Origin: Acidimicrobiia bacterium
GTDB lineage: Bacteria > Actinomycetota > Acidimicrobiia > Spongiisociales > ZC4RG35
Assembly: GCA_035550735.1 (NCBI GenBank)
Contig: DASZOM010000026.1
Location: 141,459 to 205,458 of the forward strand
DNA: 64,000 bases
Direction: 5' to 3'
Positions 9,984-19,990 of this stretch are shown here, one piece after another (the stretch's first letter is position 1; each line of letters opens with the position of its first letter). Under the pieces are notes generated by a model, which ran no database searches, had not been told where the DNA came from, and worked only from the letters and a program-made list of their open reading frames with translations. A program made the translations under genes and the position numbers.

Positions 9984-10934
9984 TCAGACCTCGGCGACGA
10001 GCCGCTTCATGATCGCCTTCTGCACGTGGAGGCGATTCTCCGCCTCCTCGTAGGCGATGCAGTTGGGGCCGTCGAAGACGCCGTCGCTCATGATCACGTT
10101 GCGACGCATGGGCAGGCAGTGACTCACGAGAGCCCCGTCAGTCCTGGCCATCTTGGCCTCGTCCACGATGAAATGGCGAAACCGGTCCCGGATCGGCTTC
10201 TCCTCGGACCATCTGCCGAAGAAGGGGAGGGCCCCCCAGCTCTTTGCGTACACGAACTCGGCGCCGTCATAGGCGTCGTCGATGTCGTGGGTGACGGTGA
10301 CTCGCTGCCCGTTGGCGGCCGCATCGCTCGCCGCGATGTCGAGGAAGCGCTGGTCGAGCACGTACTCGTCGGTCGGGCAGAGCAGGGTGACGTCCATCCC
10401 GAATTTGGCGGCAGCCACCAGCGCCGAATTGGCCACCGCGGTGTTGAGCGGCTTGGGGTGATAGCTCCAGGTGAGGAGGAACTTCCTTCCGGTGAGATCC
10501 CCGAGGTGGTCCTGCATGGCGAGGGCCAGGGCCATCTCCTGACAGGGATGGGTGATGGTCTCCATGTTGATCACCGGCACCTCGGAGTGCTCGGCGAAGG
10601 CATTCAGGACAAGGTCCTTGCGGTCTTCCTCCCAGTTCTCGAACTTGGGGAAGGCCCTGATCCCGATCAGGTCGCAGTACCGGGAGAGGACCTTGGCCGC
10701 CTCCTTCACGTGCTCCTCGGCGTCGCCGAGCATGACCGCGTCCTTCTCGTATTCGAGTGGCCACATACCGCCCGAGGGGCTGAGGACCACGGCGTGGCCC
10801 CCCAGCTGGAACGCACCGACCTCGAACGAGGTGCGGGTGCGAAGCGAGTTGTTGAGGAAGATCAGGGCGATGGTCTTGCCGGCGAGATCTTCGCCGAAGG
10901 GAGTCTCCCGCAGGGCACGGGCGTCGTCGAGCAT
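9984..10934 (-). CDS. argF': N-acetylornithine (or N-succinylornithine) carbamoyltransferase, non-canonical transcarbamylase
   Basis: 316 aa. Motifs SLRTRTSFE (instead of the OTCase STRTR), INMETITHPCQE, KSWGALPFFG, HCLPMRRNV and AENRLHVQKAIM are, from memory, characteristic of Xanthomonas-type AOTCase. Confidence 0.8.
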   Translation of the reverse strand: MLDDARALRETPFGEDLAGKTIALIFLNNSLRTRTSFEVGAFQLGGHAVVLSPSGGMWPLEYEKDAVMLGDAEEHVKEAAKVLSRYCDLIGIRAFPKFENWEEDRKDLVLNAFAEHSEVPVINMETITHPCQEMALALAMQDHLGDLTGRKFLLTWSYHPKPLNTAVANSALVAAAKFGMDVTLLCPTDEYVLDQRFLDIAASDAAANGQRVTVTHDIDDAYDGAEFVYAKSWGALPFFGRWSEEKPIRDRFRHFIVDEAKMARTDGALVSHCLPMRRNVIMSDGVFDGPNCIAYEEAENRLHVQKAIMKRLVAEV

Positions 10935-11050
10935 CGCCTCCAGATCGGGTCGTGACCAGTCGTACGTGTTGAGGAAGTGCCTGATCGGAGCAAGTGTCGT
11001 GGCCTGGCGGCGGTGCGGTCAAGTCGCCACCCGATGCGGTGGTCGGCCCT

Positions 11051-11320
11051 TCAATCGATGGCCACCACCCGGTAGTCGATCACGAGCACACCCTCGTCGG
11101 TGAGCATCCGAGCCTGGCGGGCCTTGTCGCGGCTGCGGAGCCGTCCGCCCGAGCCGACCACACGCCACCAGGAAAGGCCTTCGCTCTTGGCGATGAGCGT
11201 GCCCACCGCCCGGGCCGCACCGGGAAAGCCCGCCTCGGCGGCGACCTCGCCATAGGTGACCACGTCACCAGGGCCGAGAGACGAGATGACCGCTACCACC
11301 GCGTCCTCGAATTCCGTCAC
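11051..11320 (-). CDS. Alkyltransferase-like (ATL) / MGMT-family DNA-binding protein lacking the PCHR active-site cysteine
   Basis: 89 aa with MGMT C-terminal-domain-like sequence (VVTYGEVAAEAG...GTLIA...WWRVV) but no catalytic Cys motif. Confidence 0.55.
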   Translation of the reverse strand: MTEFEDAVVAVISSLGPGDVVTYGEVAAEAGFPGAARAVGTLIAKSEGLSWWRVVGSGGRLRSRDKARQARMLTDEGVLVIDYRVVAID

Positions 11321-11365
11321 GATCCGCCCGTATCGGGAGGAGCCTTCGCGCCGCCCCTGCTCATC

Positions 11366-11986
11366 TCATATGGTCCCGAAGAGCCGGTCTCCCATGTCCC
11401 CGAGCCCCGGTGCGATGTAGAAGTTCGGGTTGAGCTCGCGGTCGAGGGCGGCGGCGACGATCCGCACCTCGGGATGGTTGTCCTCCATGGCCGCCACCCC
11501 TTCGGGTGCGGCGACCACGCACACCGCCACGATGTCCCGGGCGCCGTTCTCCTTCACCTTGTCCACCGCCCAGGAGAGCGAGCCACCGGTGGCCAGCATC
11601 GGCTCGAGGATCAGCACCCGCGCCGAGCTCAGCTCGGGGAACTTGTTGTAGTACTCCATCGGCTCGGCTGTCTCCTCGTTCCGCTGCACGCCGGCGAAGC
11701 CGATGGCGGCATCCGGCACGAGGGTCAGGACCGAATGGAGGAGGCCGAGGCCGGCGCGGAGCACGGCGACGGCGACCACCGGGCGATGGAGGCGGATCCC
11801 GGTGGTGGGCTCGAGCGGTGTCTCCAGCCGCACCTCGTCCACCGCCATGTCGGCCAGCGCCTCCGCCACCAGTAGGTACCCGAGACGCTCTGCGATCTGG
11901 CGGAACTCGGGTGGGGCGGTGGCCTTGTCACGCAGGATGGTGAGCAGGTCGGCGGCGAGCGGGTGATCGAGGATGGTGATCGGCAT
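11366..11986 (-). CDS. upp: Uracil phosphoribosyltransferase
   Basis: 206 aa. The PRPP-binding motif VLILEPMLATGGS and the UPRTase C-terminal YIAPGLGDMGDRLFGT are present. Confidence 0.9.
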   Translation of the reverse strand: MPITILDHPLAADLLTILRDKATAPPEFRQIAERLGYLLVAEALADMAVDEVRLETPLEPTTGIRLHRPVVAVAVLRAGLGLLHSVLTLVPDAAIGFAGVQRNEETAEPMEYYNKFPELSSARVLILEPMLATGGSLSWAVDKVKENGARDIVAVCVVAAPEGVAAMEDNHPEVRIVAAALDRELNPNFYIAPGLGDMGDRLFGTI

Positions 11987-12054
11987 GGCCCCGGAGACTA
12001 CGACGCCTGCGACGACCGAGGCCGTGGCCGGCCCGATCAGCCTTATGAAACGTC

Positions 12055-12073
12055 CAAAAGCCCAATAGTGGGC
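12055..12073 (-). terminator. Putative intrinsic terminator of ppc
   Basis: The minus-strand transcript reads GCCCA-CUAU-UGGGC followed by UUUU, 23 nt after the ppc stop. The stem is short (5 bp) but it sits in a locally lower-GC spacer. Confidence 0.4.
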
Positions 12074-12095
12074 CGTGGAACCTTAGGAAAGCGTA

Positions 12096-14804
12096 TCAGC
12101 CGGTGTTGCGCATGCCGGCGGCGATGCCGTTGACCGAGAGGAGGAGAGCCCGGTCGAGTTGGGGGGAGGTTTCGCCGCCGCGGCTGCGGGCGAGGAGGGA
12201 CACCTGGAGGTAGTTGATCGGGTCGAGATAGATGTCGCGGACCTCGAGGGTCCGCCGCAGCAGGGGCGAGTCCTCGAGCAGCCCACTGGTGCCACGCACC
12301 GCCAGCACCTCCTCGACCGTGGTCTCGTACTCCTCCCGGATCAGGTCGAGGAGATGACGGTGCTGCGGTGCCACCAGCTCCGAGACGTACCCGGCGGTGA
12401 TGTCGAGGTCGGTCTTGTACAGGGTCATCTCCACGTTGGAGAGGAAGGTCGACATGAAGCTCCACTCGGCAGCCATCTCGACGAGGACGTCCCCGAACCC
12501 GGCCTTGCGGGCGCCGAGCAGCCCGGAGCCGACACCGAACCAGCCGGGGACGATCTGCCGAGTCTGTGTCCAGCCGAACACCCAGGGGATGGCACGGAGG
12601 TCCTCGACACCACTCAGACCCCCCGGCCGGCGTGAGGGCCGGCTCCCGATGTTCATCTTCCCCAGCTCCTCGACGGGTGTGGAGGAGAGGAAGTAGTCGA
12701 CCAGGCTCGGGTCCTCGACGAGACGTTGGTATCCGGCGAACGCCTCGCCGGAGAGGCAATCCATGGCCTCGGTCCAGCGATCGAGAGTCTCTGTCGGCCG
12801 TCGCGACTTGCGGTGGAGCAGTGTGCTCTCCAGCACCGACGCCACCATCAGCTCCAGGTTGCGTGCCGCGATGTCCGGGTTGCCGTACTTCTCGGAGATC
12901 ACCTCTCCCTGCTCGGTCACCTTGATCGTCCCGTCGACGGTCCCGAATGGCTGGGCGAGGATGGCGGCATGGGTCGGCCCGCCGCCCCGCCCGATGGTCC
13001 CACCCCGCCCGTGGAAGAGAGTCAGCCTGACACCGTGCCGCTCGGCGACGTTGCGCATGACCCTCTGGGCCTTGTAGATCTCCCATTGTGAGGTGGTGAT
13101 CCCACCCACCTTGTTGGAGTCCGAATATCCGAGCATCACCTCCTGGTGATCCCCGCGCAGGGCCACGAGTCTCCGGTAGCTGGGATCGTGGAGCAGCCCG
13201 TCGAGGAGCTCGCCTCCGTTGCGAAGGTCTTCGATCGTCTCCACGAGGGGGACGATGCCGATGTCGGCGATGCCCCGGTCCAGGTCGATCAGACCTGCCT
13301 CCTTCGCCAGCACGGCCGCCTCGATGACGTGGATCGGGCTCGCGGTCATGGAGACGATGTAGCTCTCGATCACCTGTCTCCCGTAGCGATCCTGGGCGGC
13401 CCGGATCGAGTCGAAGCTGGCCATCGTCTCCGCGCTGTCCTCGGACAGGTTGGTGGTCGGCCCGGACAGGGGACGTGGCCCGGCGAGCTCGGCGGACACT
13501 GTGCGCAGTCGTTGCATGCCCCCCATGGCGGCCAAGTCGGTCCCGACGTTGGTGAACAGCTCATCGATGGCAGCGGTGTGACGCGAGGAGTGCTGGCGCA
13601 GGTCGAGCACCGCCATCTGAAACCCGAGCGTGGAGACGGCGCGACGCAGCCTGGCGACGGCTCCCGAGGCGATCAGCTCGCCCCGCGACCCGCGCAGCGA
13701 GCCCGAGATGAGGTCGAGCTCGGCGAGGAGCTGGTCGGGATGGGCGTAGTCGCGGCCGGGTTGATGGGAGGCGCCGGTACGGATCCTCGTCCGGGTGTTG
13801 ATGAGTCGGGCGTGGATGTACGAGCACTTGAGACGGTAGGGCGCCTCCCCGGTGCGTGCCTGCTCCCGCTGCCAGATGTCGGGGAGGTGCCGGCGGTCCT
13901 CGAGCAGCGAGCTCGCGAGCTCCTCGCTGGGCGCGGACAGCACACTCGACATCGACAACTCGTCACTCAGCCGCTCCACCGCCTCGATGAGCAGGGTGAG
14001 ACCGCGGTCGTGTTGCAGGGCGAGGGCTCGCAGCGTCGTGTCGGCGGTCACCTCGGGGTTGCCGTCCCGGTCACCGCCCACCCACGTCCCGAACCGAATC
14101 GGCACGGCCTCGACATCGGGGGCGAGACGGTGGAGCTGTCCTGCCATCACCTCGGAGAGGCGGGGGAGGACCTGGGTGGCCAGCCCGACCAGGTAGTAGA
14201 GGGCGGATCGGGCCTCGTCGACCACCGTCGGGCGGTCGGTCCGCAGCTCGTCGGTCTGCCAGATCTGGTCGATGAGCTCGGCGGAGCGACGGTCGATGAG
14301 CTCGACGTCGTCGGGGTTGGCCGTCTCCAGCCGCTTGGTGATCAGCGACGCGACCTCGGCTCTCTTGGTGAGGATGCTGCGCCGCGCCGCCTCCGTGGGA
14401 TGCGCGGTGAGGACGGGCCGCACCTCCAGCCGGGCCACGGCGTCGTCGATGAGGTCCTGGTCGAGCCCGACGGCGAGGATCCGATCCACGGTCGCCCGGA
14501 GATAGCGGTCGTCACTGGCCAGCTCCTCCATCCGGTGGACCTGCTCGGCGACGTTGGCGAGGTAGAAGTAGGTGGTGAACGCCCTGACCAGGGGGATCAC
14601 GTCGTCGATCTCGAGCTCGGCGAGGAGGGCATGAAGCTCCAGGGCCGCATCGGCACTGCCACCACGCCGGGCCGACTTGCCCAGAGACCGCACCTTCTCG
14701 ACCAGCATGAGCAGGTCCTCCCCGTGCTGGCGGATCAGGGCCTCGCCGAGCTGATTTCCCAGGCGGCGTATGTCGGCGCGGAGAGTGTCGTCCCGGGTGA
14801 TCAC
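12096..14804 (-). CDS. ppc: Phosphoenolpyruvate carboxylase
   Basis: 902 aa. It is PEPC-like throughout, with the conserved C-terminus ...VNGIAAGMRNTG. Confidence 0.9.
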   Translation of the reverse strand: MITRDDTLRADIRRLGNQLGEALIRQHGEDLLMLVEKVRSLGKSARRGGSADAALELHALLAELEIDDVIPLVRAFTTYFYLANVAEQVHRMEELASDDRYLRATVDRILAVGLDQDLIDDAVARLEVRPVLTAHPTEAARRSILTKRAEVASLITKRLETANPDDVELIDRRSAELIDQIWQTDELRTDRPTVVDEARSALYYLVGLATQVLPRLSEVMAGQLHRLAPDVEAVPIRFGTWVGGDRDGNPEVTADTTLRALALQHDRGLTLLIEAVERLSDELSMSSVLSAPSEELASSLLEDRRHLPDIWQREQARTGEAPYRLKCSYIHARLINTRTRIRTGASHQPGRDYAHPDQLLAELDLISGSLRGSRGELIASGAVARLRRAVSTLGFQMAVLDLRQHSSRHTAAIDELFTNVGTDLAAMGGMQRLRTVSAELAGPRPLSGPTTNLSEDSAETMASFDSIRAAQDRYGRQVIESYIVSMTASPIHVIEAAVLAKEAGLIDLDRGIADIGIVPLVETIEDLRNGGELLDGLLHDPSYRRLVALRGDHQEVMLGYSDSNKVGGITTSQWEIYKAQRVMRNVAERHGVRLTLFHGRGGTIGRGGGPTHAAILAQPFGTVDGTIKVTEQGEVISEKYGNPDIAARNLELMVASVLESTLLHRKSRRPTETLDRWTEAMDCLSGEAFAGYQRLVEDPSLVDYFLSSTPVEELGKMNIGSRPSRRPGGLSGVEDLRAIPWVFGWTQTRQIVPGWFGVGSGLLGARKAGFGDVLVEMAAEWSFMSTFLSNVEMTLYKTDLDITAGYVSELVAPQHRHLLDLIREEYETTVEEVLAVRGTSGLLEDSPLLRRTLEVRDIYLDPINYLQVSLLARSRGGETSPQLDRALLLSVNGIAAGMRNTG

Positions 14805-14822
14805 CGGGCAGAGGGTAGGTGC

Positions 14823-16220
14823 TCAGCACCCTCCCTCGGCCGTGGTGACTCCCAACGTCGCCGCCTCGCCCGGGCTCTCGATGGTGAGCAGCACCGCCTC
14901 CCGGATCCTCTCCACATCGGGGATGACGTGACCGGTCCTCGTCCTGCCGACGCCCCAGGTGGCGTCGAATCCGATCAGCCTGATGGTGGCCGCCGAGACC
15001 CGGGGAGTCAGCCGGATCAGCTCGGGGACCATCTCGACCGGGAGGTCCGTGGTCAGGTTCGAGGTGACCGCCTCCAGGATGCCATCGAGGCGTGCGAACA
15101 ACGTGAGGATGTCGGACTGGGTGGCCATCGCGGCGAGGACACACCGCTGGCGACCCATGCGGGCGTAGTCGGATGCCCCGTAGCGGGCCCGTGAGTAGGC
15201 GAGAGCATGGGCGCCATCCAGGTGCTGACGGCCCGGGGGGATCTGCACCATCTGGTAACCCCCGGTGACGACGTCGTAGAGAGGACCGTCCACCGGCTCC
15301 GCCACGTCGACATCGACCCCACCGAATGCATCCACGACCTCGGCGAACCCGGTGAGGTCGACGAGGACGTAGTAGTCGATCTCGAGCCCGCTGAGGCTCT
15401 GGATCGCATCGCGCACGGCTGCCGCACCGGCATCGGGGCCAGGGAAACGATCTGGGTTCCGGAGCCCCCACCCGTAGACATGACCGAGTTGGGTCACCGG
15501 GACCACGGTGCCGTCGGTGAGGGTCGGGGACCCGAAGTTGCGAGGCAGCCCCACCAGGGCGGCGTCGCCGGTGATCGGGTCGATGGAGGCGACGATCATG
15601 GTGTCGGTCCTGAGACCGCTGCGTCCGGGCCCGGCGTCCCCGCCCAACAGGAGGATGTTGAGCCGATCGGTGCCGAAGGGCTGCCAGGGCCGGGTGGGCT
15701 CTGCTGTGATCACGTCTTCGTCGTACTGGCCGGGGGCCGTGACGATCGGGCCCAACTCGACGGGGACGGTCGTGGTGGTGGTGGAGGAGGAGGTGGTGGT
15801 CGTCGCGGGCGCGGCGGAGACGTCATCGCCGCCGAAGACCTCGACCAGTGAGCCCCTCGTCTCCAGACCCACCCAGGCGACTGCGGCATGGGGGATCGCC
15901 ACCACGACCAGGAGCACGGCGATCACGAGCCAGCCTCTCCCGCCCCCGGCCATCCAGGCCAGGCCGGTGGAGAAGATACGGACGATCGCCAACCCCAGGT
16001 TGACCAGGACGAGGGCGAGGAGCACATCGGGGTTGGCCAGCCAGGCGGCGATCTCGACCGGCTCCACGAAGAGGAAGACGGTGAGGGCGGTGATGCCCAG
16101 CATCCCGGTGACGAACACCAGGGCCCTGCCCAGGACCGGCCGATCGGTGGCGAGCTGGCCCCAACCGGGGACGAGAACCGAGCGGAGGGCCGCTCCGGTG
16201 GGTGTCGGGTGTCGTGCCAC
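14823..16220 (-). CDS. LytR-CpsA-Psr (LCP) family cell-envelope phosphotransferase
   Basis: 465 aa. An N-terminal TM region and Thr/Ser-rich linker are followed by an LCP domain (LRTDTMIVASIDP...). Confidence 0.8.
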   Translation of the reverse strand: MARHPTPTGAALRSVLVPGWGQLATDRPVLGRALVFVTGMLGITALTVFLFVEPVEIAAWLANPDVLLALVLVNLGLAIVRIFSTGLAWMAGGGRGWLVIAVLLVVVAIPHAAVAWVGLETRGSLVEVFGGDDVSAAPATTTTSSSTTTTTVPVELGPIVTAPGQYDEDVITAEPTRPWQPFGTDRLNILLLGGDAGPGRSGLRTDTMIVASIDPITGDAALVGLPRNFGSPTLTDGTVVPVTQLGHVYGWGLRNPDRFPGPDAGAAAVRDAIQSLSGLEIDYYVLVDLTGFAEVVDAFGGVDVDVAEPVDGPLYDVVTGGYQMVQIPPGRQHLDGAHALAYSRARYGASDYARMGRQRCVLAAMATQSDILTLFARLDGILEAVTSNLTTDLPVEMVPELIRLTPRVSAATIRLIGFDATWGVGRTRTGHVIPDVERIREAVLLTIESPGEAATLGVTTAEGGC

Positions 16221-16262
16221 ACCCTCCCAACGAAGCGGCCCTCGCCGTGGGTTCCGGTGAGG

Positions 16263-16919
16263 TCAGGGGAGGTCGACGCCGAAGACCGGCACCCCCTCGG
16301 GGCACAGACGGACCTTCGGGTTGAAGTCGACGAACATCCCCGACGGGTTGTCCTTCCAGATCCAGGCGTGCATCACCCAGAGCGGGAGCACCGGATGCTG
16401 GTGGAACTCCATGCCGAAGAGACTGGGCGGCTCGGTCCCGGTCCAGGCCTCCACGGGGACGATGTACTCGTGGGCCACCAAGCCGGTGATCTCACCGTCG
16501 GCGTCCAACTCGTAGACCAGGGCCTCGGGGGTCGTGATATCGACCACGTCGTCCATCAGCGACTCGTTGAGGTAGTGGAGCCCCATCCCACCGGACTCGG
16601 CGCTCTCGAAGCACCCCAACGCGTCCATCGTCGACCCGTACCCGGCTGCCTCCGCCATCTCCACGTCCTGGAATGCGGCGGTGGCCAGACTCGCCGCCGC
16701 GATCTCGGCCGGGTCCACCGTGTCTCCCATGTCGTGCTGGCCGGAGTCGGTCGTGGTCTCCGTCTCCGCTTCCGTCGTCGTGGTGGCCGGTGCGCTGGTG
16801 GTGGTCGGGGCAGCCACGGTAGAGGTGGTCGAAGTCTCCTCTTCGGCGGCTTGCGGACCACATGCCACGACGACCAAGGCGACGAGAGCGAGAACGATGA
16901 GACGTCGATGTCGTCTCAT
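16263..16919 (-). CDS. Putative secreted lipoprotein (hypothetical)
   Basis: Start chosen at MRRHRRLIVLALVALVVVACG, a signal peptide with a lipobox Cys. A Thr-rich linker follows. Confidence 0.5.
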   Translation of the reverse strand: MRRHRRLIVLALVALVVVACGPQAAEEETSTTSTVAAPTTTSAPATTTTEAETETTTDSGQHDMGDTVDPAEIAAASLATAAFQDVEMAEAAGYGSTMDALGCFESAESGGMGLHYLNESLMDDVVDITTPEALVYELDADGEITGLVAHEYIVPVEAWTGTEPPSLFGMEFHQHPVLPLWVMHAWIWKDNPSGMFVDFNPKVRLCPEGVPVFGVDLP

Positions 16920-16920
16920 T

Positions 16921-17205
16921 TCAGGCACCCGCGCCCACGTAGAAGTACGGGTCGAGGACGCTGATCTCCGAGATCCGGTCGACCGGGAGCGCATTGAGAC
17001 CGGCGGCGCGGCGGATCGCCTCGGGCGAAGGGCCGTCGTAGATGCAGAAGGTCTTCCCGTGATCGCTGGTCACGAAGGACTGCACCCAGGTGACCTGTTC
17101 GGTGGCGTTGTTCTCCACGACCCCGAGACACGCCTTCAGACCCTGGGCGTTGGTCGGGATCCCCACCCCTTCGGGGAAGGTCCTCTCCACCAGATATCTG
17201 GGCAT
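16921..17205 (-). CDS. DUF4242 family small protein
   Basis: 94 aa. MPRYLVERTFP...KTFCIYDGPSPEAIRRAA...LPVD matches my recollection of DUF4242. A strong RBS AAGGAG lies upstream. Confidence 0.55.
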   Translation of the reverse strand: MPRYLVERTFPEGVGIPTNAQGLKACLGVVENNATEQVTWVQSFVTSDHGKTFCIYDGPSPEAIRRAAGLNALPVDRISEISVLDPYFYVGAGA

Positions 17206-17305
17206 TTTGTTCTCCTTTCGGCCGGTGTCTCCGGCCGATTGCGAACGTAAGGAGAAGGTGCGGCCCGGACATCGGGGCGCGCCCCCAGATCAGCCGTGAG
17301 CGCCC

Positions 17306-19906
17306 CTATTTCGCGGCGAGCTCGTCGGAGAGGGCCAGCGCGATCGCCCTGGCGCGGTTTTCCACGCCGAGCTTGGAGAGGATCGCCGACACGTGATGCT
17401 CGACGGTCTTCTTGGAGACGAACAGCTCCTCGGCGATCTCGGGGTTGGACAGCCCAACGGTCATCAGCCGGAGAACCTCGAGCTGACGCTCGGTCAGCCC
17501 GGCGGGGTTGGACCGTGTCGTCCGGGTCGGGCCGCGTGGGATGCTGCCGACACCGGCATCCCGCAGGCGCGCCCTCGTCCTCGCCGCCATTGGCCCGGCG
17601 GCGAGCTCGTCGAAGATGCCCAGGGCGTCCAACATGGCCTCCTCGTCGCCCTGAGCCAGGGCGAGGGCCGACTCGTAGGGGCAGCCGATGTCGGCCCAGA
17701 GATCCGCGGCCTCTCGCCAATGGCCCGACATGTGAAGAGCGAATGGCTCCGCGGCGTCCTTGGGCGCCTCGTCGATCGCCCCGGTCATCCACATCCAGAA
17801 ACCGATCTCGCCCCGGGCCCACGCGCTGTCGGTGTCGAGGGCCCGGTGATAGGCGGGCTCCAGGACATCGAGCCCCTGCTCGGGCCGGTCGGCCAGCCAG
17901 AAGTGCTCTGCTCGCCCGCAGATCGCGTTCCAGGCGTGTTGCAGCTCGTGTCGACGCCCTAGGGCGACCATCTCATCGAGCAGCGACAGCCCACCGGGAT
18001 CCCCGCGCCGAACCCGCACCCGGCCGAGCGCGGTCATCGCGGTGACGTTTGCGATGCCGTCAGGCTGGAGGGTGGTCCGGCCAACCAGCTCGGCATGTGC
18101 CACCGCATCGTCCCATCGGCCCTGTTCGAAGGCGATCCGGGCCAGCCAGGAGCGGTCGTAGGAGACGGTGTAGTCCTCGTCGGTGGCCAGACCCTGTTCG
18201 ATCCCCTCATTCAGGGCCTCGACGGCCACGTCGTATCGGCGCGCCTCCCCACCCCCGGAACCCAGCATGCTCATTGCGATGGAGCTGTACCTGGGGTTGC
18301 CCAACGCCTCTGCGCTCTCTATCGCCTGTTGCAGCAGCCTCACCCCCAAGTCGGCGTCTCCCACCACGACGTTGATGCATCCGGTCATCATGCCGACGAG
18401 CCAGGCCACGTTCTGGCTCCCCACGGCTTCGGCGACGGCTCCGGCCTCGGCGATGGCTGCGAAGGCGAGATCGGCGTGCCGGGCGAGCATGTGGTTGTGG
18501 GCCGCCCGGTACAGGGTCATGCCCAGCATCTCGCTGGGCCCCATGGGGCGAAGCCTGTCGAGGGCCTCGTCCATCGCCTCCCAGCCCTCGTCGAATCGGT
18601 GCAGGTTCCAGAGCGCTCCTTGCAGCTGGCCTAGTGCGTCGGCCAATGCGGTGACGTCTCCGACGCGTCGCAGATGGTCGGCCGCCGTCATCAGCTCTGC
18701 CGCCGACTCATCCGGCAGATCGAGCGAACGCAGCTCCGTGCCGAGCTTGACCCGGATCCGGGCAGCTCGATCCTGGCCCAGCACGTCCGAATGGTCGAGG
18801 GCGGCGCGATAGAACGCCGCTGCCTCACGACGCGACCCCCGTCGGGCTGCTTGGTCGCCTGCCGTCGGGGCGAAGGCAACGATCAGGTCGGGAGATGCCG
18901 CGTTGATTGCATGGTGGGCCAGTCGGGCGATGTCCTTGGTCTCGTCCTCTTGGAGGAGGGCGATCATCTGGCGGTGCATCTGGAGGCGGCGAGCCGGGGG
19001 GATGGCCGCTTCGGCGGCGGCCCGGGCGATCTCGTGGCGGAATCGCAGTGTCACTCCGTCCCCGATGAGCACCCCGGAGAGCACGGCGCGGTCGATGGCC
19101 GGCAATGAAGCCCCGACCAGGGTCGCCACCTTCTCGATCTCGAGGGCGCGGGGGGCGATGGACACCGCTTCCACCACCGATCTGGCTTCAGGGTCGAGTT
19201 GGCCGACACGAGCCAGCACCGCGTCTTGGACGCTCGAGGGGAGTGCCGAGCCGCTGGCGAGGACTTCGGTCACGAAGAACGGGTTCCCGCCTGAGATCTG
19301 ATGCAGCCGGACCGGGTCGAAGTCCGTGTTCGCTGCCAGCTCGCCGGCCAGCGCGGTCACCGCGTCCAGGCTCAGAGGAGGAACCACGAGACGGACCGTG
19401 GAGGGGAGCGGTATCAGTTGGCCGAGCACCGGCCGGAGCGGATGCTCTGATCCGACCTCGTCGTCCCGATAGGTGCAGATCACCGATGCCTTCGTCTCGG
19501 CGACCCTCCGTCCCACGAAGCGCAGGAAGTCGAGCGTGCCGTCGTCGGCCCAATGGACATCCTCCACCACCATGATGATCGGGCGCCTGGTGTGCTTGAG
19601 GCGGTCCAGGACCTCGGCGAACACCTCGACACCGGAGCGCCCGTCCAACTCCATCCCGGACAGCCCGGATCGCGGGTCTGCGGCGAAGTCGTGGAGGGGA
19701 CTGAGCGGCCGGGGAGTGGTCAGAGGGTCGCAGGCGCCCTCGATGACGAGGACATCCCGCCTCGCCGGTTGCACCAGGGCACGGACCAGTGAGGTCTTGC
19801 CGGCGCCGGCCTCACCGGCGACGAGGACGAGGCTCCCTTCTCCTCTCGCCGCGGCGGATACCCGCAGACGCAATTCGTCGAGGAGGTCTCCTCTCTCCAG
19901 CAGCAT
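17306..19906 (-). CDS. LAL-family (large ATP-binding LuxR) transcriptional regulator
   Basis: Start chosen at the internal ATG ([12 protein letters not shown]) to avoid running into the divergent TetR gene. The N-terminal P-loop GEAGAGKT, the TPR-like middle region and the C-terminal LuxR HTH ([44 protein letters not shown]) are all present. Confidence 0.8.
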   Translation of the reverse strand: MLLERGDLLDELRLRVSAAARGEGSLVLVAGEAGAGKTSLVRALVQPARRDVLVIEGACDPLTTPRPLSPLHDFAADPRSGLSGMELDGRSGVEVFAEVLDRLKHTRRPIIMVVEDVHWADDGTLDFLRFVGRRVAETKASVICTYRDDEVGSEHPLRPVLGQLIPLPSTVRLVVPPLSLDAVTALAGELAANTDFDPVRLHQISGGNPFFVTEVLASGSALPSSVQDAVLARVGQLDPEARSVVEAVSIAPRALEIEKVATLVGASLPAIDRAVLSGVLIGDGVTLRFRHEIARAAAEAAIPPARRLQMHRQMIALLQEDETKDIARLAHHAINAASPDLIVAFAPTAGDQAARRGSRREAAAFYRAALDHSDVLGQDRAARIRVKLGTELRSLDLPDESAAELMTAADHLRRVGDVTALADALGQLQGALWNLHRFDEGWEAMDEALDRLRPMGPSEMLGMTLYRAAHNHMLARHADLAFAAIAEAGAVAEAVGSQNVAWLVGMMTGCINVVVGDADLGVRLLQQAIESAEALGNPRYSSIAMSMLGSGGGEARRYDVAVEALNEGIEQGLATDEDYTVSYDRSWLARIAFEQGRWDDAVAHAELVGRTTLQPDGIANVTAMTALGRVRVRRGDPGGLSLLDEMVALGRRHELQHAWNAICGRAEHFWLADRPEQGLDVLEPAYHRALDTDSAWARGEIGFWMWMTGAIDEAPKDAAEPFALHMSGHWREAADLWADIGCPYESALALAQGDEEAMLDALGIFDELAAGPMAARTRARLRDAGVGSIPRGPTRTTRSNPAGLTERQLEVLRLMTVGLSNPEIAEELFVSKKTVEHHVSAILSKLGVENRARAIALALSDELAAK

Positions 19907-19925
19907 CGCCCCGAAGCGTAGGATC

Positions 19926-19970
19926 TTGACAGTCCCGTCGTTTCTCCGTAGGATTCGGTCGGTCGACCGA
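19926..19970 (+). promoter_or_regulatory. Sigma70-like promoter (TTGACA-17-TAGGAT) plus a perfect 12-bp palindrome TCGGTCGACCGA, a putative TetR operator
   Basis: TTGACA at 19926-31, a 17-nt spacer, TAGGAT at 19949-54, and the palindrome at 19959-70, 20 bp upstream of the TetR start. CGTAGGAT also occurs twice as a direct repeat at 19917 and 19947. Confidence 0.45.
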
Positions 19971-19990
19971 TTTCGAGCTAGAGGAGCAGT

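Noticed and set aside
10994-11875. 293-aa plus-strand ORF
   Set aside because: It overlaps the ATL gene and upp on the opposite strand. The upp and ATL frames carry the conserved motifs.
13146-15194. 682-aa ORF on the plus strand
   Set aside because: It is entirely antisense to the well-supported ppc and LCP genes. The translation is low-complexity and rich in G, R, D and E, which is typical of a high-GC antisense artefact.
15700-15870. Thr/Ser/Gly-rich repetitive stretch that could look like a tandem repeat
   Set aside because: It is the in-frame Thr-rich linker of the LCP protein, not a DNA-level repeat element. Similar linkers occur in the two lipoproteins.
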